Positions 8,737-20,071 of a DNA stretch of 62,009 nt are shown in pieces. The position numbers and the translations under genes are program-made. Location: NCBI GenBank assembly GCA_040754455.1, contig JBFMCP010000018.1:1-62009 (forward strand), in the 5' to 3' direction. The notes beneath the pieces are model-generated. The model was not told the DNA's origin. It searched no databases and worked only from the letters and a program-made list of their open reading frames with translations. The stretch comes from Nitrospirota bacterium. Lineage in GTDB: Bacteria; Nitrospirota; Thermodesulfovibrionia; Thermodesulfovibrionales; Dissulfurispiraceae. The stretch's first letter is position 1, and each line of letters opens with the position of its first letter.

Positions 8737-10014
8737 CTATCCCGGCTGTTTCCTGATCCGTACCGTAGTAGCGTGCGCTTCGAGCCCCTCTTTATCGGCA
8801 ATCGTCTCGACGGTGTCGGCAAGCTGCAGGAAACCCTTTCTGCTGAAATGAAGAAGGCTCGTCCTCTTGATGAAGTCATACGTGCCGAGCGGTGAAGAGA
8901 ACCGGGCCGTGCCGCCGGTAGGGAGCGTATGGTTCGGACCTGCCGAATAATCGCCCAGGGGCTCGGGGGTCCAGGGCCCGAGGAAGGCTGCGCCTGCGTT
9001 CTTTATGCTCTCCACATCCCTCTCGGGATGCCGTGTCATTATCTCGAGATGCTCCGGCGCGATCTCATTGGCGAGATCGATTGCCGCAGCAATGGACTTC
9101 GTCAAGATCACCGCCCCGAAATTCTTGAGCGACTTATCCGCGATCTCTTTTCTCGAGAGCAATGCAAGCTGTCGTTCCAATTCCCGGACCACCTCGTCAA
9201 TAAGTCCCCGGGAGTCGGTGATCAGGATGCTCGATGCCAGTTCGTCATGCTCGGCCTGGCTCAGCATATCAGCGGCAATGAAAGCGGGAGGAGCGGTTTC
9301 GTCGGCAATAATCAATATTTCGCTCGGCCCCGCGATCATGTCGATATCGACCTCTCCGAAGACCATCTTTTTCGCCATCGCTACAAAAATATTGCCCGGA
9401 CCAACGATCTTGTCGACCCTTTTTATCATCTTTGTCCCATAGGCCATCGCCGCAACCGCCTGTGCGCCGCCGATGCGGTAGACCTCCTTAACATTAAGAA
9501 GGTCGATCGCTGCCATGACATAAGGATTTATCTCCCCGCGCGGGGTAGGAACACAGAGGGCGATTTCGTTTACTCCCGCAACCTGTGCCGGGATGACGTT
9601 CATCAATACCGTTGAAGGATACGATGCTTTGCCGCCGGGCACATAGACGCCCGCGCGTCCGATCGGCCGGATGAGCTGACCGAGAAGCGCGCCCTCCTTT
9701 TTAATCGACCAGGAACGCTCTTTCTGTCGCTCATGGAACTCCCATATCCTCTTCGCGGAAAGCTCCAGAGCCTTTACCGTCGCCCTGTCGGCTTTCCCTG
9801 CATGCTTTTTTATCTCAGCCGTGCTGAGTTTCAGGGGAAGCCTGTGCTGATCAAAACGGCAGGTGTACTCCTTCACCGCTGCGTCGCCCTTTTCCCTTAC
9901 GTCGGCGAGCACGGTCTTTACGGTATGTTCTATATCGGAACTGACCCCCGCCGCTCTCTTGCCGAGCACTTCCAGAAAGGAGGCGATCTCTTTTTTGTTC
10001 CGGAGGATTCTCAT
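8737..10014 (-). CDS. hisD: Histidinol dehydrogenase
   Basis: GVYVPGGKASYPSTVLM, DMIAGPSEIL, QAEHD, APEHLE, GDYSAGPNHTLPT. Confidence 0.98.
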   Translation of the reverse strand: MRILRNKKEIASFLEVLGKRAAGVSSDIEHTVKTVLADVREKGDAAVKEYTCRFDQHRLPLKLSTAEIKKHAGKADRATVKALELSAKRIWEFHERQKERSWSIKKEGALLGQLIRPIGRAGVYVPGGKASYPSTVLMNVIPAQVAGVNEIALCVPTPRGEINPYVMAAIDLLNVKEVYRIGGAQAVAAMAYGTKMIKRVDKIVGPGNIFVAMAKKMVFGEVDIDMIAGPSEILIIADETAPPAFIAADMLSQAEHDELASSILITDSRGLIDEVVRELERQLALLSRKEIADKSLKNFGAVILTKSIAAAIDLANEIAPEHLEIMTRHPERDVESIKNAGAAFLGPWTPEPLGDYSAGPNHTLPTGGTARFSSPLGTYDFIKRTSLLHFSRKGFLQLADTVETIADKEGLEAHATTVRIRKQPG

Positions 10015-10021
10015 CCCGCTA

Positions 10022-11464
10022 TTATAGCACCACCACTTTATTTTTCCCCTCTCCTTTTGCCTGATAAAGCGCTTTATCGGCGATCTTCAGGAGATCATCC
10101 ACATCATAGATGTTTTCAGTCAGCGAGGATACGCCGATGCTTATCGTAAGAGAAGATTTCTCCGGGCCTGCGCTGAATTCGTGCGTCTTGATTTTTTTCC
10201 TGAGCCGCTCAGCCATGACCGCCGCTTCCTGTTTTTTCGTATGGGGCATGATGACCACAAATTCCTCGCCGCCATAGCGGCCGACCACATCGGACTTCCT
10301 CCGCTCCCGTTCAAGGACCGTTGCCAGCTGTCTGAGCACCTCATCGCCGGCAGGGTGCCCGTAGGTATCGTTAATTTTTTTGAAATCATCTATATCGATA
10401 ATCATGAGCGAGAGGTCGCGGCCGTACCGCTTACTCTCATGGAATTCCTCCGTGACCCGCTGCGTTATATAGCGTCGGTTGTGCAGGCCGGTCAGAGGGT
10501 CGGTAATCGAGAGCATCCTGAGCTGCTCCCTGAAGTCCTTTTCCGGAGTCATATCGACAACATCGAGGATTTCGCCGATAAGCGCACCCTTTTCGTCCAT
10601 GACATTCCTGCGGTAGATATGGAGGAGCTTCCCGTTGTGCTCCAGCTCCACGGGTTCGGTGTAATACTTCTCTTGTGCCTTTTTATACACATCGCACTTC
10701 AGCAGAAAGTTGAGCCTGTCGGCAGGGTCGGTTATACCGCTGCATATGATGCAGGCCGACTCCATGAACCAGCAGAGACAGTCCCTTCTGCCGAACATGG
10801 GACATTCCTCTCTGGCGCACTGCTTTATCTCCCAGCACGCTTCCTTCTCAAAGGGCTTCAGGAACACCGTTCGTATCAGGGTGTCCTCGGGAAGCTCGCA
10901 AATGTTCTTGCCGAGCTGCACAATCTCCTTGCCGAGGAGGCTCTCGAGCGTCACGTTGATCTTTTCAATAACACCCTTGCCATTGATAAAGATCACGCCA
11001 TTTACGACACTCTGGATCAATGCTTCGGAGATCGTCTTTTCACGAACGAGCCGGCGGTCGGCATCTCTCTTCTCTTCCCGTAACCTTTGCTCTTCAATAG
11101 CTTTTTTTACGGCATAGGGCACTTTAGCAAGAAACGATACTTCCCGGCTCTTCCTGATCACGTCAAAGGCGCCCTTTTTAAAAAATGCCCCTACGTCCTC
11201 CTCTTCAAAGGCGACCATGACAATCACCGGTATTTCGAGATGATGCTCTTTGATGTAGCTCAGCAATTTATAGCTGTTGATTCTCGGCGGGTAGTGTTCC
11301 GTAAAGACGACACCGCCATGATCGACCTTTGAAAGGAGCAGCAGGGCCTCTGCATAGGAACCTGCGAGGTCAGCCTCGAATCCCTCCTTTTTAAGACGGT
11401 CTCCTATCTGTACTGCCTGTTCTTCATTGCGCCAGACGATTAAAACTTTATTCTTGGAAAGCAT
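10022..11464 (-). CDS. Diguanylate cyclase: degenerate REC, PAS-like region with a Cys-rich insertion, GGDEF domain
   Basis: DPLTGLHNRR, DIDDFKKINDTYGH, RxxD I-site (RKSD) and GGEEF; CWEIKQC...CP...CLCW insert. Confidence 0.92.
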   Translation of the reverse strand: MLSKNKVLIVWRNEEQAVQIGDRLKKEGFEADLAGSYAEALLLLSKVDHGGVVFTEHYPPRINSYKLLSYIKEHHLEIPVIVMVAFEEEDVGAFFKKGAFDVIRKSREVSFLAKVPYAVKKAIEEQRLREEKRDADRRLVREKTISEALIQSVVNGVIFINGKGVIEKINVTLESLLGKEIVQLGKNICELPEDTLIRTVFLKPFEKEACWEIKQCAREECPMFGRRDCLCWFMESACIICSGITDPADRLNFLLKCDVYKKAQEKYYTEPVELEHNGKLLHIYRRNVMDEKGALIGEILDVVDMTPEKDFREQLRMLSITDPLTGLHNRRYITQRVTEEFHESKRYGRDLSLMIIDIDDFKKINDTYGHPAGDEVLRQLATVLERERRKSDVVGRYGGEEFVVIMPHTKKQEAAVMAERLRKKIKTHEFSAGPEKSSLTISIGVSSLTENIYDVDDLLKIADKALYQAKGEGKNKVVVL

Positions 11465-11547
11465 AGGTGTTACTAATTTACCATAAAAGGTGCTTCGGTC
11501 ACACAACAATGAATTTCTGGTGAAATTTAAAAAAGGTTATAAGGCAC

Positions 11548-11578
11548 AAAAAAAGGGCGGGGATTCTCCCCGCCCTTT
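11548..11578 (-). terminator. Intrinsic terminator after acs
   Basis: AAAGGGCGGGGA-TTC-TCCCCGCCCTTT hairpin, with a T-tract on the minus strand. Confidence 0.85.
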
Positions 11579-11604
11579 CGGTTGATTCAGTCTTTTCTGT
11601 TGTA

Positions 11605-13581
<1,977 letters not shown>

Positions 13582-13615
13582 TACGAGCATCCTCCTTATC
13601 CATTTTTTAAATGAC

Positions 13616-13661
13616 GGTTCGGAGGTGTAAGTAAAGTGTTACTTTTTTACACCTCCGAACC
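13616..13661. promoter_or_regulatory. 15-bp intercistronic inverted repeat between actP and acs
   Basis: GGTTCGGAGGTGTAA ... TTACACCTCCGAACC. Confidence 0.7.
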
Positions 13662-13726
13662 TTTAATTTAACGATTAAACGTTGTCCTGTACAATTAATT
13701 TTAATTATATTACCGATAAATTCAAC

Positions 13727-15436
13727 TTATTCAGCGCCGATGCCGACATAGGTTCGCAGCTTTTCCTCCTCGAACATCTCTTCGGCCCTCTTTTCCCTCC
13801 CCATGAGCGAGAAGAGAATGCCGACCAGGAACGCAGCGCCCATTGAGAAAACAGCGGGGTTCTTGAGCTTAAACGGCGCCTTCGGCATCTGGGCCTTTGC
13901 CTCTTTGAGCTGGGCATCGGCCTGGGCCTTCTCCGCAGCTATGGCTGCGTCGACATTCTGGCCGGCTGCTTTCAGCTGCTCGAGCTCGGCTATCTTTGCC
14001 TTTGAGCCGTCTTCAATGGCCTTGATCTGCTTCTCTACTGCAGCCTTCTCGTCCTTATGAAAGATATCAACCCAGACGGTCGGGCTGATAACAATGAGGC
14101 CGACAGCCAATGCAAGGCCGGTATAGATGCTTGCTACCGCTCCCTTTGTGGTGAACTTCTTCCAGATGATCGAGAGCAGGAGCGCAGGGAAGTTAGCGCT
14201 GCAGGCGATGGCGAAAGCGAGACCGACCATGAAGGCAACGTTCTGTCCTTTGAAGAGAATACCGAGGAGGATTGCTGCGATACCGAGACCGACGGTCGCG
14301 ATCTTTGCGACTCTCACCTCTTCCTTCTCGTTCGACTCACCGCGCCTGATAACGCCGACATACAGGTCATGAGAGAGTGCGGATGCGCCGGCAAGGGTCA
14401 GGCCCGAAACAACAGCGAGGATGGTAGCGAAAGCGACGGCTGATAAGAAGCCCAGGAAGAGGTTGCCGCCCAGCGCCTCGGCGAGGAGCGGGGCTGCCAT
14501 GTTGCCACCCTTGTCGACACCCATGATAATCTTCTGCCCGACGAGCACTGCAGCGCCGAACCCGATGGTAACGGTAAGGATGTAGAAATAGCCGATAAAA
14601 CCGGTGGCATAGAATACTGACTTTCTTGCTTCACGGGCATCGGGAACAGTGTAGAAACGCATGAGAATATGCGGAAGTCCTGCGGTACCGAACATGAGGG
14701 CCAACCCGAGTGAGAAGGCGTCGACGGGATCTGTTACCAGGCCGCCGGGCTCCAGGAATTTTGCACTGTATAATTTTTCAGCCTGGCCGAAGAGCTCGCC
14801 GTAGCTGAAGCCGAACTGCGCCAGGGTCATTAACACAAGGAGCGTTGCACCGCCGAGCAGCAGCACCGCTTTGATGATCTGGACCCAAGTCGTAGCGATC
14901 ATACCGCCGAAGAGCACGTAGGCGATCATCAGCGCGCCGACCACGACGATGGCAATCTCATAGGGCAAACCAAACATCAACTTGATGAGCGTTCCCGCTC
15001 CGACCATCTGTGCGATGAGATAGAAAAGGACGGTGATCAGCGAGCCGGCTGCCGCAGCCGCTCTGATAGGCCGCTGATTCAAGCGGTACGCTACAACGTC
15101 GGCAAAAGTGTATTTGCCGAGGTTCCTCAGCGGCTCCGATATCAGGAACATGATGATCGGCCAGCCGACGAGCCACCCTACCGAGTAGATAAGGCCGTCA
15201 TAACCTTTCGTCGAAACGAGACCGGCGATACCCAGGAACGATGCCGCACTCATATAGTCGCCGGCGAGGGCGAGGCCGTTCTGGAAGCCGGTGATGCTCC
15301 TGCCTGCTGCATAAAACTCTTTCGTGGTCCTCGTTCTCTTTGCCGCCCAGTAGGTAATACCCAGGGTGCTGAGAACGAAGATGAAGAAGAACATTATCGC
15401 AAGGGGATTTGTCTGTCCAATAATGGTCTGTTGCAT
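13727..15436 (-). CDS. actP: Cation/acetate symporter (SSS family)
   Basis: [50 protein letters not shown]; adjacent to acs and DUF485. Confidence 0.95.
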   Translation of the reverse strand: MQQTIIGQTNPLAIMFFFIFVLSTLGITYWAAKRTRTTKEFYAAGRSITGFQNGLALAGDYMSAASFLGIAGLVSTKGYDGLIYSVGWLVGWPIIMFLISEPLRNLGKYTFADVVAYRLNQRPIRAAAAAGSLITVLFYLIAQMVGAGTLIKLMFGLPYEIAIVVVGALMIAYVLFGGMIATTWVQIIKAVLLLGGATLLVLMTLAQFGFSYGELFGQAEKLYSAKFLEPGGLVTDPVDAFSLGLALMFGTAGLPHILMRFYTVPDAREARKSVFYATGFIGYFYILTVTIGFGAAVLVGQKIIMGVDKGGNMAAPLLAEALGGNLFLGFLSAVAFATILAVVSGLTLAGASALSHDLYVGVIRRGESNEKEEVRVAKIATVGLGIAAILLGILFKGQNVAFMVGLAFAIACSANFPALLLSIIWKKFTTKGAVASIYTGLALAVGLIVISPTVWVDIFHKDEKAAVEKQIKAIEDGSKAKIAELEQLKAAGQNVDAAIAAEKAQADAQLKEAKAQMPKAPFKLKNPAVFSMGAAFLVGILFSLMGREKRAEEMFEEEKLRTYVGIGAE

Positions 15437-15438
15437 GC

Positions 15439-15750
15439 CTAACCTCCTACCTTCTCTTTAACTTTTTTGACCAGCATGTCATATTTGTTGTTTGCCCACC
15501 AGATGTAGATCCCGGTAAAAATCCATGAGAAGATAATCGTGCCGACCGCTATGGGAATCCCTATTGTGGTTGCCTTGCCCTCCGAGAGCTTTGACGCGAG
15601 AAAGGGCTTGTTAAAGGCGATCAATGCGATGAACCCGAAATAAAGGACGAGCTCCAGGATCGTAAGCACTATGGAGATCGCGTTCTTCTTGCTGGACAGT
15701 TCCTTGAAGTCCCTGTCCTCGAGAATTTCGTGTGCCGTCTTTTTACTCAT
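15439..15750 (-). CDS. DUF485 (YjcH-like) membrane protein, ActP partner
   Basis: Two TM segments ending [13 protein letters not shown]; immediately upstream of actP. Confidence 0.9.
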   Translation of the reverse strand: MSKKTAHEILEDRDFKELSSKKNAISIVLTILELVLYFGFIALIAFNKPFLASKLSEGKATTIGIPIAVGTIIFSWIFTGIYIWWANNKYDMLVKKVKEKVGG

Positions 15751-15826
15751 ACTCACTTCCTCCTTCCACCCTTACGGCCCAACGGCCGTCTTTGTTTGTT
15801 GTGTTGCCCACTGCCCGTGGCAGTGG

Positions 15827-16540
15827 CTAAAAATACATCATCATTCCGCCTGCCCTGAACCTATCACCTCCTTTTAAAGGACATCCTATCCTGAGAAGAT
15901 CCCCTATCTCCTGGATCCCCGACTGGAGCAGGAGCGGGATAAATCGTTGAAAGACCTGCGCCGTAAGAAAGGCATCCATCATCGCGTTGTGCCCCCTGCT
16001 GACCGGAATGCCGAGGTGCCGCGCCAGTCCGTAGAGGCTGTAATCACGGAGTGGCGTCGCAAAGATTTTGTGGTTGTGCACCCGTTTGCTCAATGCCTGG
16101 TAGAGGGCCAGGGTATCGAGCAGTCCGTTTTTTAACTCGGCGCCGGATCTCTTCTTCATCTCCCTGTTGATAAAGCTGAGATCGATGGCGAGGCAATGGC
16201 CGACGATGATATCGGTGCCGCAGAATTCGAGGAACTCCGAAAGCACGGTATCGATATCGGGCTTCAGCTCCACCTCCGACGGCATGATCTGGTGAATGAC
16301 GATGCTCTGCGCCGTGAGCTCTGTCTCGGGATTGATGAGCCGGTAAAAGGAGCTGCCGAGGTCGATCCTGCCGCCAACCATCCGTACGGCACCGAAGGAG
16401 ACAATGGAGTCTTTCCTCTCATCCAGGCCGGTGAGCTCGGTATCAATGACAACGTACCGTGCCTCGTTGAGAGGGAGGCGCTTGTTGACCCCGGTTGTCC
16501 TGTTTCTGTTAAATCCCAGCACGCTCGTCATGCTCCTCAC
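15827..16540 (-). CDS. DEDDh 3'-5' exonuclease (DnaQ-like)
   Basis: VVIDTELTG, VGH...DL, HNAMMDA motifs. Confidence 0.9.
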   Translation of the reverse strand: MRSMTSVLGFNRNRTTGVNKRLPLNEARYVVIDTELTGLDERKDSIVSFGAVRMVGGRIDLGSSFYRLINPETELTAQSIVIHQIMPSEVELKPDIDTVLSEFLEFCGTDIIVGHCLAIDLSFINREMKKRSGAELKNGLLDTLALYQALSKRVHNHKIFATPLRDYSLYGLARHLGIPVSRGHNAMMDAFLTAQVFQRFIPLLLQSGIQEIGDLLRIGCPLKGGDRFRAGGMMMYF

Positions 16541-18435
16541 CAGATTAATGCCTTATACCGCTCTACGATAAGGTCCTGTATAGTTGATATGAGATGAAAT
16601 GCATCCTTGATCGTCCTCTTTTCGAGGTTGCTCAGCCTGTGCGGGTTGATGAAGTTGTCGATCTCCTGGCCTGCCTCGAGCTGCTCTACCTGGTGGTGGA
16701 TCCTGAGCAGCATGATGAAGTCAAAGGCGTGCTCCAGCTCGTCGGCATATTCCTTCGCAATCGTATGCTTATCCTGCAGCGCCTCGATCCGCTCGAGCGT
16801 CGAGGTCTCCTTTATCCCACGCTCAAGGGCGAAGAGCCGCACAATATCCACGATAGGCGCGATGCCCTTGATCTTCAGATTCAGCTCGTCCTTGTGTTCA
16901 CCGCTCTTTTCGACCACGAACGATTTGAGAAACCCTATGGGCGGCCTGTTTTTCACTATCATATTGGCGAGGAAGCCGAGAAAAACCTTCTGCCCTTCGA
17001 GAGTATCGTTAAGGTATTCCCTGAGCGCATCGGCAAGGGTGAAATCGCCGTAGACCGGCCTGAAGTCGAAGAAGATGAGCGACTTCAGCACCGCGTCGGA
17101 TGTCGGCGTCGCGATCCAGCTCGAGAAGTATTTCTTCCAGCTCCGCAGCGGCTGGCACCACTGGGGGTTGTTCGCCATATACCCTGCGGGACAGGGAGGG
17201 AAGCCGCACATGAGCAGACTCTCTTTCACAAAGAGCGTGAAGGATGAAAAGTAGTCCCGTATCTCCGCTTCCCTGCCCTGCGCATCGAGGTCGGCGTAGA
17301 TAATCGCGTTGTCCTGGTCAGTCCTGAAGGTCTGCTCCTTGCGGCCTTCGCTGCCGAAGACGATCCAGCAAAACGGCACCGGCGGCTGGCCGAATTTCCT
17401 TTCCGCGATTTCGAGCACCTTTCTCACCAGCCGGTCATTCAGCTCGGTGATGATCTTGGTGATATTGCTCGCCCGGGCACCCTCTTTCAGGAGAAAGCCG
17501 ATGATGTGGTTTATCTTCTTCGAAACCGGGACCAGTCCCTCGACGGTCTGCTGGCTCTCGATGTCTTTTGCAAAGGAAAGGGGCGATTTCCCCTGGAGCA
17601 GCATCAGATCGTGGTTGGTGAGCACGCCTTTCAGCTCGCCGTCCCTGATAACGAGGACATGGTGGATATTGTATTTGAGCATCTTGAGCACCGCCTCGAA
17701 ACAGTAGTCCCGTGCATCGACCCTGACGAGCGGCAGCGTCATGACATTCTTTATTGAATCCCGGATATCCCTCCCCTGGGCAACGACCTTCTCCCGCAGA
17801 TCTCTGTCGGTGAGAATGCCTATGGGAAGGTTTCTCGAATCGACCACGACCAAAGAGCTGATGCCGTGCTTCGACATGACCTGGGCCGACTCCTGAATGG
17901 TCGCCGAGTCGGTGACCGTAATCACGTCCTTGGTCGCGATCTCTCCTGCCTGCGTCGTGAAAAGAATATGATCGCTGCTGCCGTAGAACAGGCTTTTATT
18001 CCGGATCTCGCGGTAGGTCTTGTCCATGTATTTCAGAAAATGGGACTGGAGAAAATATTCGGTAAACGAAGGGTTCGAATCGATGAGCGCAAAGAGCTCC
18101 TTTTTTTTCAGGAGATAGCACAGCGTGTCCTCGACAGCGACGATCGTCGTCTTCTGGGTTCCTCCCATAAGGGATACCAGTCCGAAGGTCTCTCCTTCGC
18201 CACGGTAATCGATGACCACATCCTCACCGCTGTCGGAGCGGATGGAGATCTTCACTCCTCCCTTCTTTATGATTCTGAGAGAATCGCTCGCCGGGCCGTT
18301 CTGCTTCAGGATAACGGTATCCTTAGGATAGAATTCTATTGAAAGGCTGCCCGCCACCGCCTTCAGATCTTCCTCCTCAAGAAATTGAAAAGGAGGGATA
18401 TTTCTCAGAAATGTATAAACATCTTCTAACAGCAT
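16537..18435 (-). CDS. cNMP-binding / CBS-pair / DUF294 putative nucleotidyltransferase (copy 1)
   Basis: N-terminal cNMP fold, GILTDRDLR (CBS), GSEGRKEQTFRTDQDNAI NTase motif, IFFDFRPVYGD. Confidence 0.92.
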   Translation of the reverse strand: MLLEDVYTFLRNIPPFQFLEEEDLKAVAGSLSIEFYPKDTVILKQNGPASDSLRIIKKGGVKISIRSDSGEDVVIDYRGEGETFGLVSLMGGTQKTTIVAVEDTLCYLLKKKELFALIDSNPSFTEYFLQSHFLKYMDKTYREIRNKSLFYGSSDHILFTTQAGEIATKDVITVTDSATIQESAQVMSKHGISSLVVVDSRNLPIGILTDRDLREKVVAQGRDIRDSIKNVMTLPLVRVDARDYCFEAVLKMLKYNIHHVLVIRDGELKGVLTNHDLMLLQGKSPLSFAKDIESQQTVEGLVPVSKKINHIIGFLLKEGARASNITKIITELNDRLVRKVLEIAERKFGQPPVPFCWIVFGSEGRKEQTFRTDQDNAIIYADLDAQGREAEIRDYFSSFTLFVKESLLMCGFPPCPAGYMANNPQWCQPLRSWKKYFSSWIATPTSDAVLKSLIFFDFRPVYGDFTLADALREYLNDTLEGQKVFLGFLANMIVKNRPPIGFLKSFVVEKSGEHKDELNLKIKGIAPIVDIVRLFALERGIKETSTLERIEALQDKHTIAKEYADELEHAFDFIMLLRIHHQVEQLEAGQEIDNFINPHRLSNLEKRTIKDAFHLISTIQDLIVERYKALIW

Positions 18436-18462
18436 TATCCTTACCTCCAGGTACTGAAAGAA

Positions 18463-18601
18463 AGCAAATACAATACCAGAGTCAAGGAAAGGGGATATTT
18501 AGTTTAAATTTCAGCAGATTAGTTGAAAACTAGAGGAGAAAAACGATCTCGTTGCCTGTAACGAAAAGTAATGTTTTATTTGGGATGTTACGGGAGGTAA
18601 C
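18463..18601 (-). promoter_or_regulatory. Sigma54 promoter with upstream palindromic activator sites for the DUF294-exonuclease-actP-acs unit
   Basis: Minus strand TGGTATTGTATTTGCT (GG-N10-GC) at 18463-18478; TGTTAC-N5-GTAAC at 18586-18601 and TGTAAC-N5-GTAAT at 18557-18572. Confidence 0.65.
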
Positions 18602-18673
18602 CTTTTAGCGCTTGTTTATAAGCTCATAGCCGATGGTTTTTGATTTTAGTTTTTTACCGTGAGCAAAAAGATA

Positions 18674-20020
18674 TCAGCCTCTATTCAGCCCCCAGCGCTT
18701 CCTCTTCTCCCATAGGGACTTTCTGGTAATACCGAGCATTTCGGCGAGCTGCTGCTCGGTGTAATGTTTCTGATAGCGCTGGATAAAGGCCTTGGTATAA
18801 TCCTCTATGGAGAGTTTCTCTTCGAAGGATTCCTCGGTGAACGAGCTCTCGGCCTTGACCCCCTCGGGCAGGTTTTCGGGGCGGATGACGCCATTCTCGG
18901 CGATGAGCACGGCACGTTCGACAACGTTCTGCAGCTCCCGAACATTGCCGGGCCAGCGATATGCCTTGAGGAGATTGAGAGCCTCGTTATCGATCTCTTT
19001 TACTCCCTTGCCGAGCTCATTCGAGTACTTCTGGATCAGATAGCGCACCAGAAGCTCGATATCCTCTTTCCGCTCCCTGAGGGGCGGCAGCTTGAGGGTA
19101 ATCACATTGATCCGGTAGAAGAGGTCTTCCCTGAAGGTGCCTTCCCGCACCGCGCTTTCGAGATTCCTGTTCGTGGCACAGATAAACCGCAGGTCGACCT
19201 TGACGCTCTGGTTCCCGCCCACAGGCCTGATCTGATGGTCCTCGAGCACTCTGAGCAGCTTCGCCTGGAGCGGAACACCCAGGTCGCCGATTTCATCGAG
19301 AAAGACCGTGCCGCCGTCGGCCTCTTCGAAGAGCCCTTTCTTCAGCATGATCGCTCCGGTAAAGGCGCCCTTTACATGGCCGAAGAGCTCCGACTCGAGC
19401 AGATTTTCGGGAATGGCGCTGCAGTTGATCGGAATAAAGGGCTTTGCGGCCCTGCTGCTGTTGAAGTGGATCGCCCGGGCGATAAGCTCCTTGCCGGTGC
19501 CGGTCTCTCCTAGCAGGAGCACGTTGCTCCGCGCGTCGGCGATCTTTTTTACTTCGGCAATGACCTTCTTGATCGCGGGGCTCTCGCCGATTATGTTGCT
19601 GAAATCGTACTCTTTCTCGATCTGCTTTTTGAGGAGGACGTTCTCCCGCTGGAGTGCATTCTGGTTGAGGGCGTTCCGTACGATCTGCTTGATCTCCTCA
19701 TGGATGATCGGTTTCACAACATAATCGTAGGCGCCGGCACGCAAGGCCTCGACTGCGGTCTCGAGCGAGGCATAGGCGGTCATGATAATTACCGCCTGCG
19801 CAGGGTTCTTCTCCTTCACCCGCTTCAGAAACTCGATGCCGTTCATCCGGGGTAGGATGATGTCGGAGATGATCAGGTCGTAGATGTTCTCATCAACTCC
19901 CTTGAGCGCCGCTTCAGCGCTGCCTGCGGTGTCCACGATGTACCCCTCCCGCGAGAATACCCTTTTCAGGGATTCGCAGAGGGTCACTTCATCCTCAACG
20001 ATAAGCAGTCTTTCGGCCAT
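18674..20020 (-). CDS. Sigma54-dependent response regulator (NtrC/CbrB-type)
   Basis: REC, GETGTGKE, GAFTGA, FREDLFYRINV, WPGNVRELQN and an HTH. Confidence 0.95.
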   Translation of the reverse strand: MAERLLIVEDEVTLCESLKRVFSREGYIVDTAGSAEAALKGVDENIYDLIISDIILPRMNGIEFLKRVKEKNPAQAVIIMTAYASLETAVEALRAGAYDYVVKPIIHEEIKQIVRNALNQNALQRENVLLKKQIEKEYDFSNIIGESPAIKKVIAEVKKIADARSNVLLLGETGTGKELIARAIHFNSSRAAKPFIPINCSAIPENLLESELFGHVKGAFTGAIMLKKGLFEEADGGTVFLDEIGDLGVPLQAKLLRVLEDHQIRPVGGNQSVKVDLRFICATNRNLESAVREGTFREDLFYRINVITLKLPPLRERKEDIELLVRYLIQKYSNELGKGVKEIDNEALNLLKAYRWPGNVRELQNVVERAVLIAENGVIRPENLPEGVKAESSFTEESFEEKLSIEDYTKAFIQRYQKHYTEQQLAEMLGITRKSLWEKRKRWGLNRG

Positions 20021-20071
20021 TCCAACCTCTATCTTTTTAACGTAGGTACCTGCACCGGGCTCCGCGGTTCA

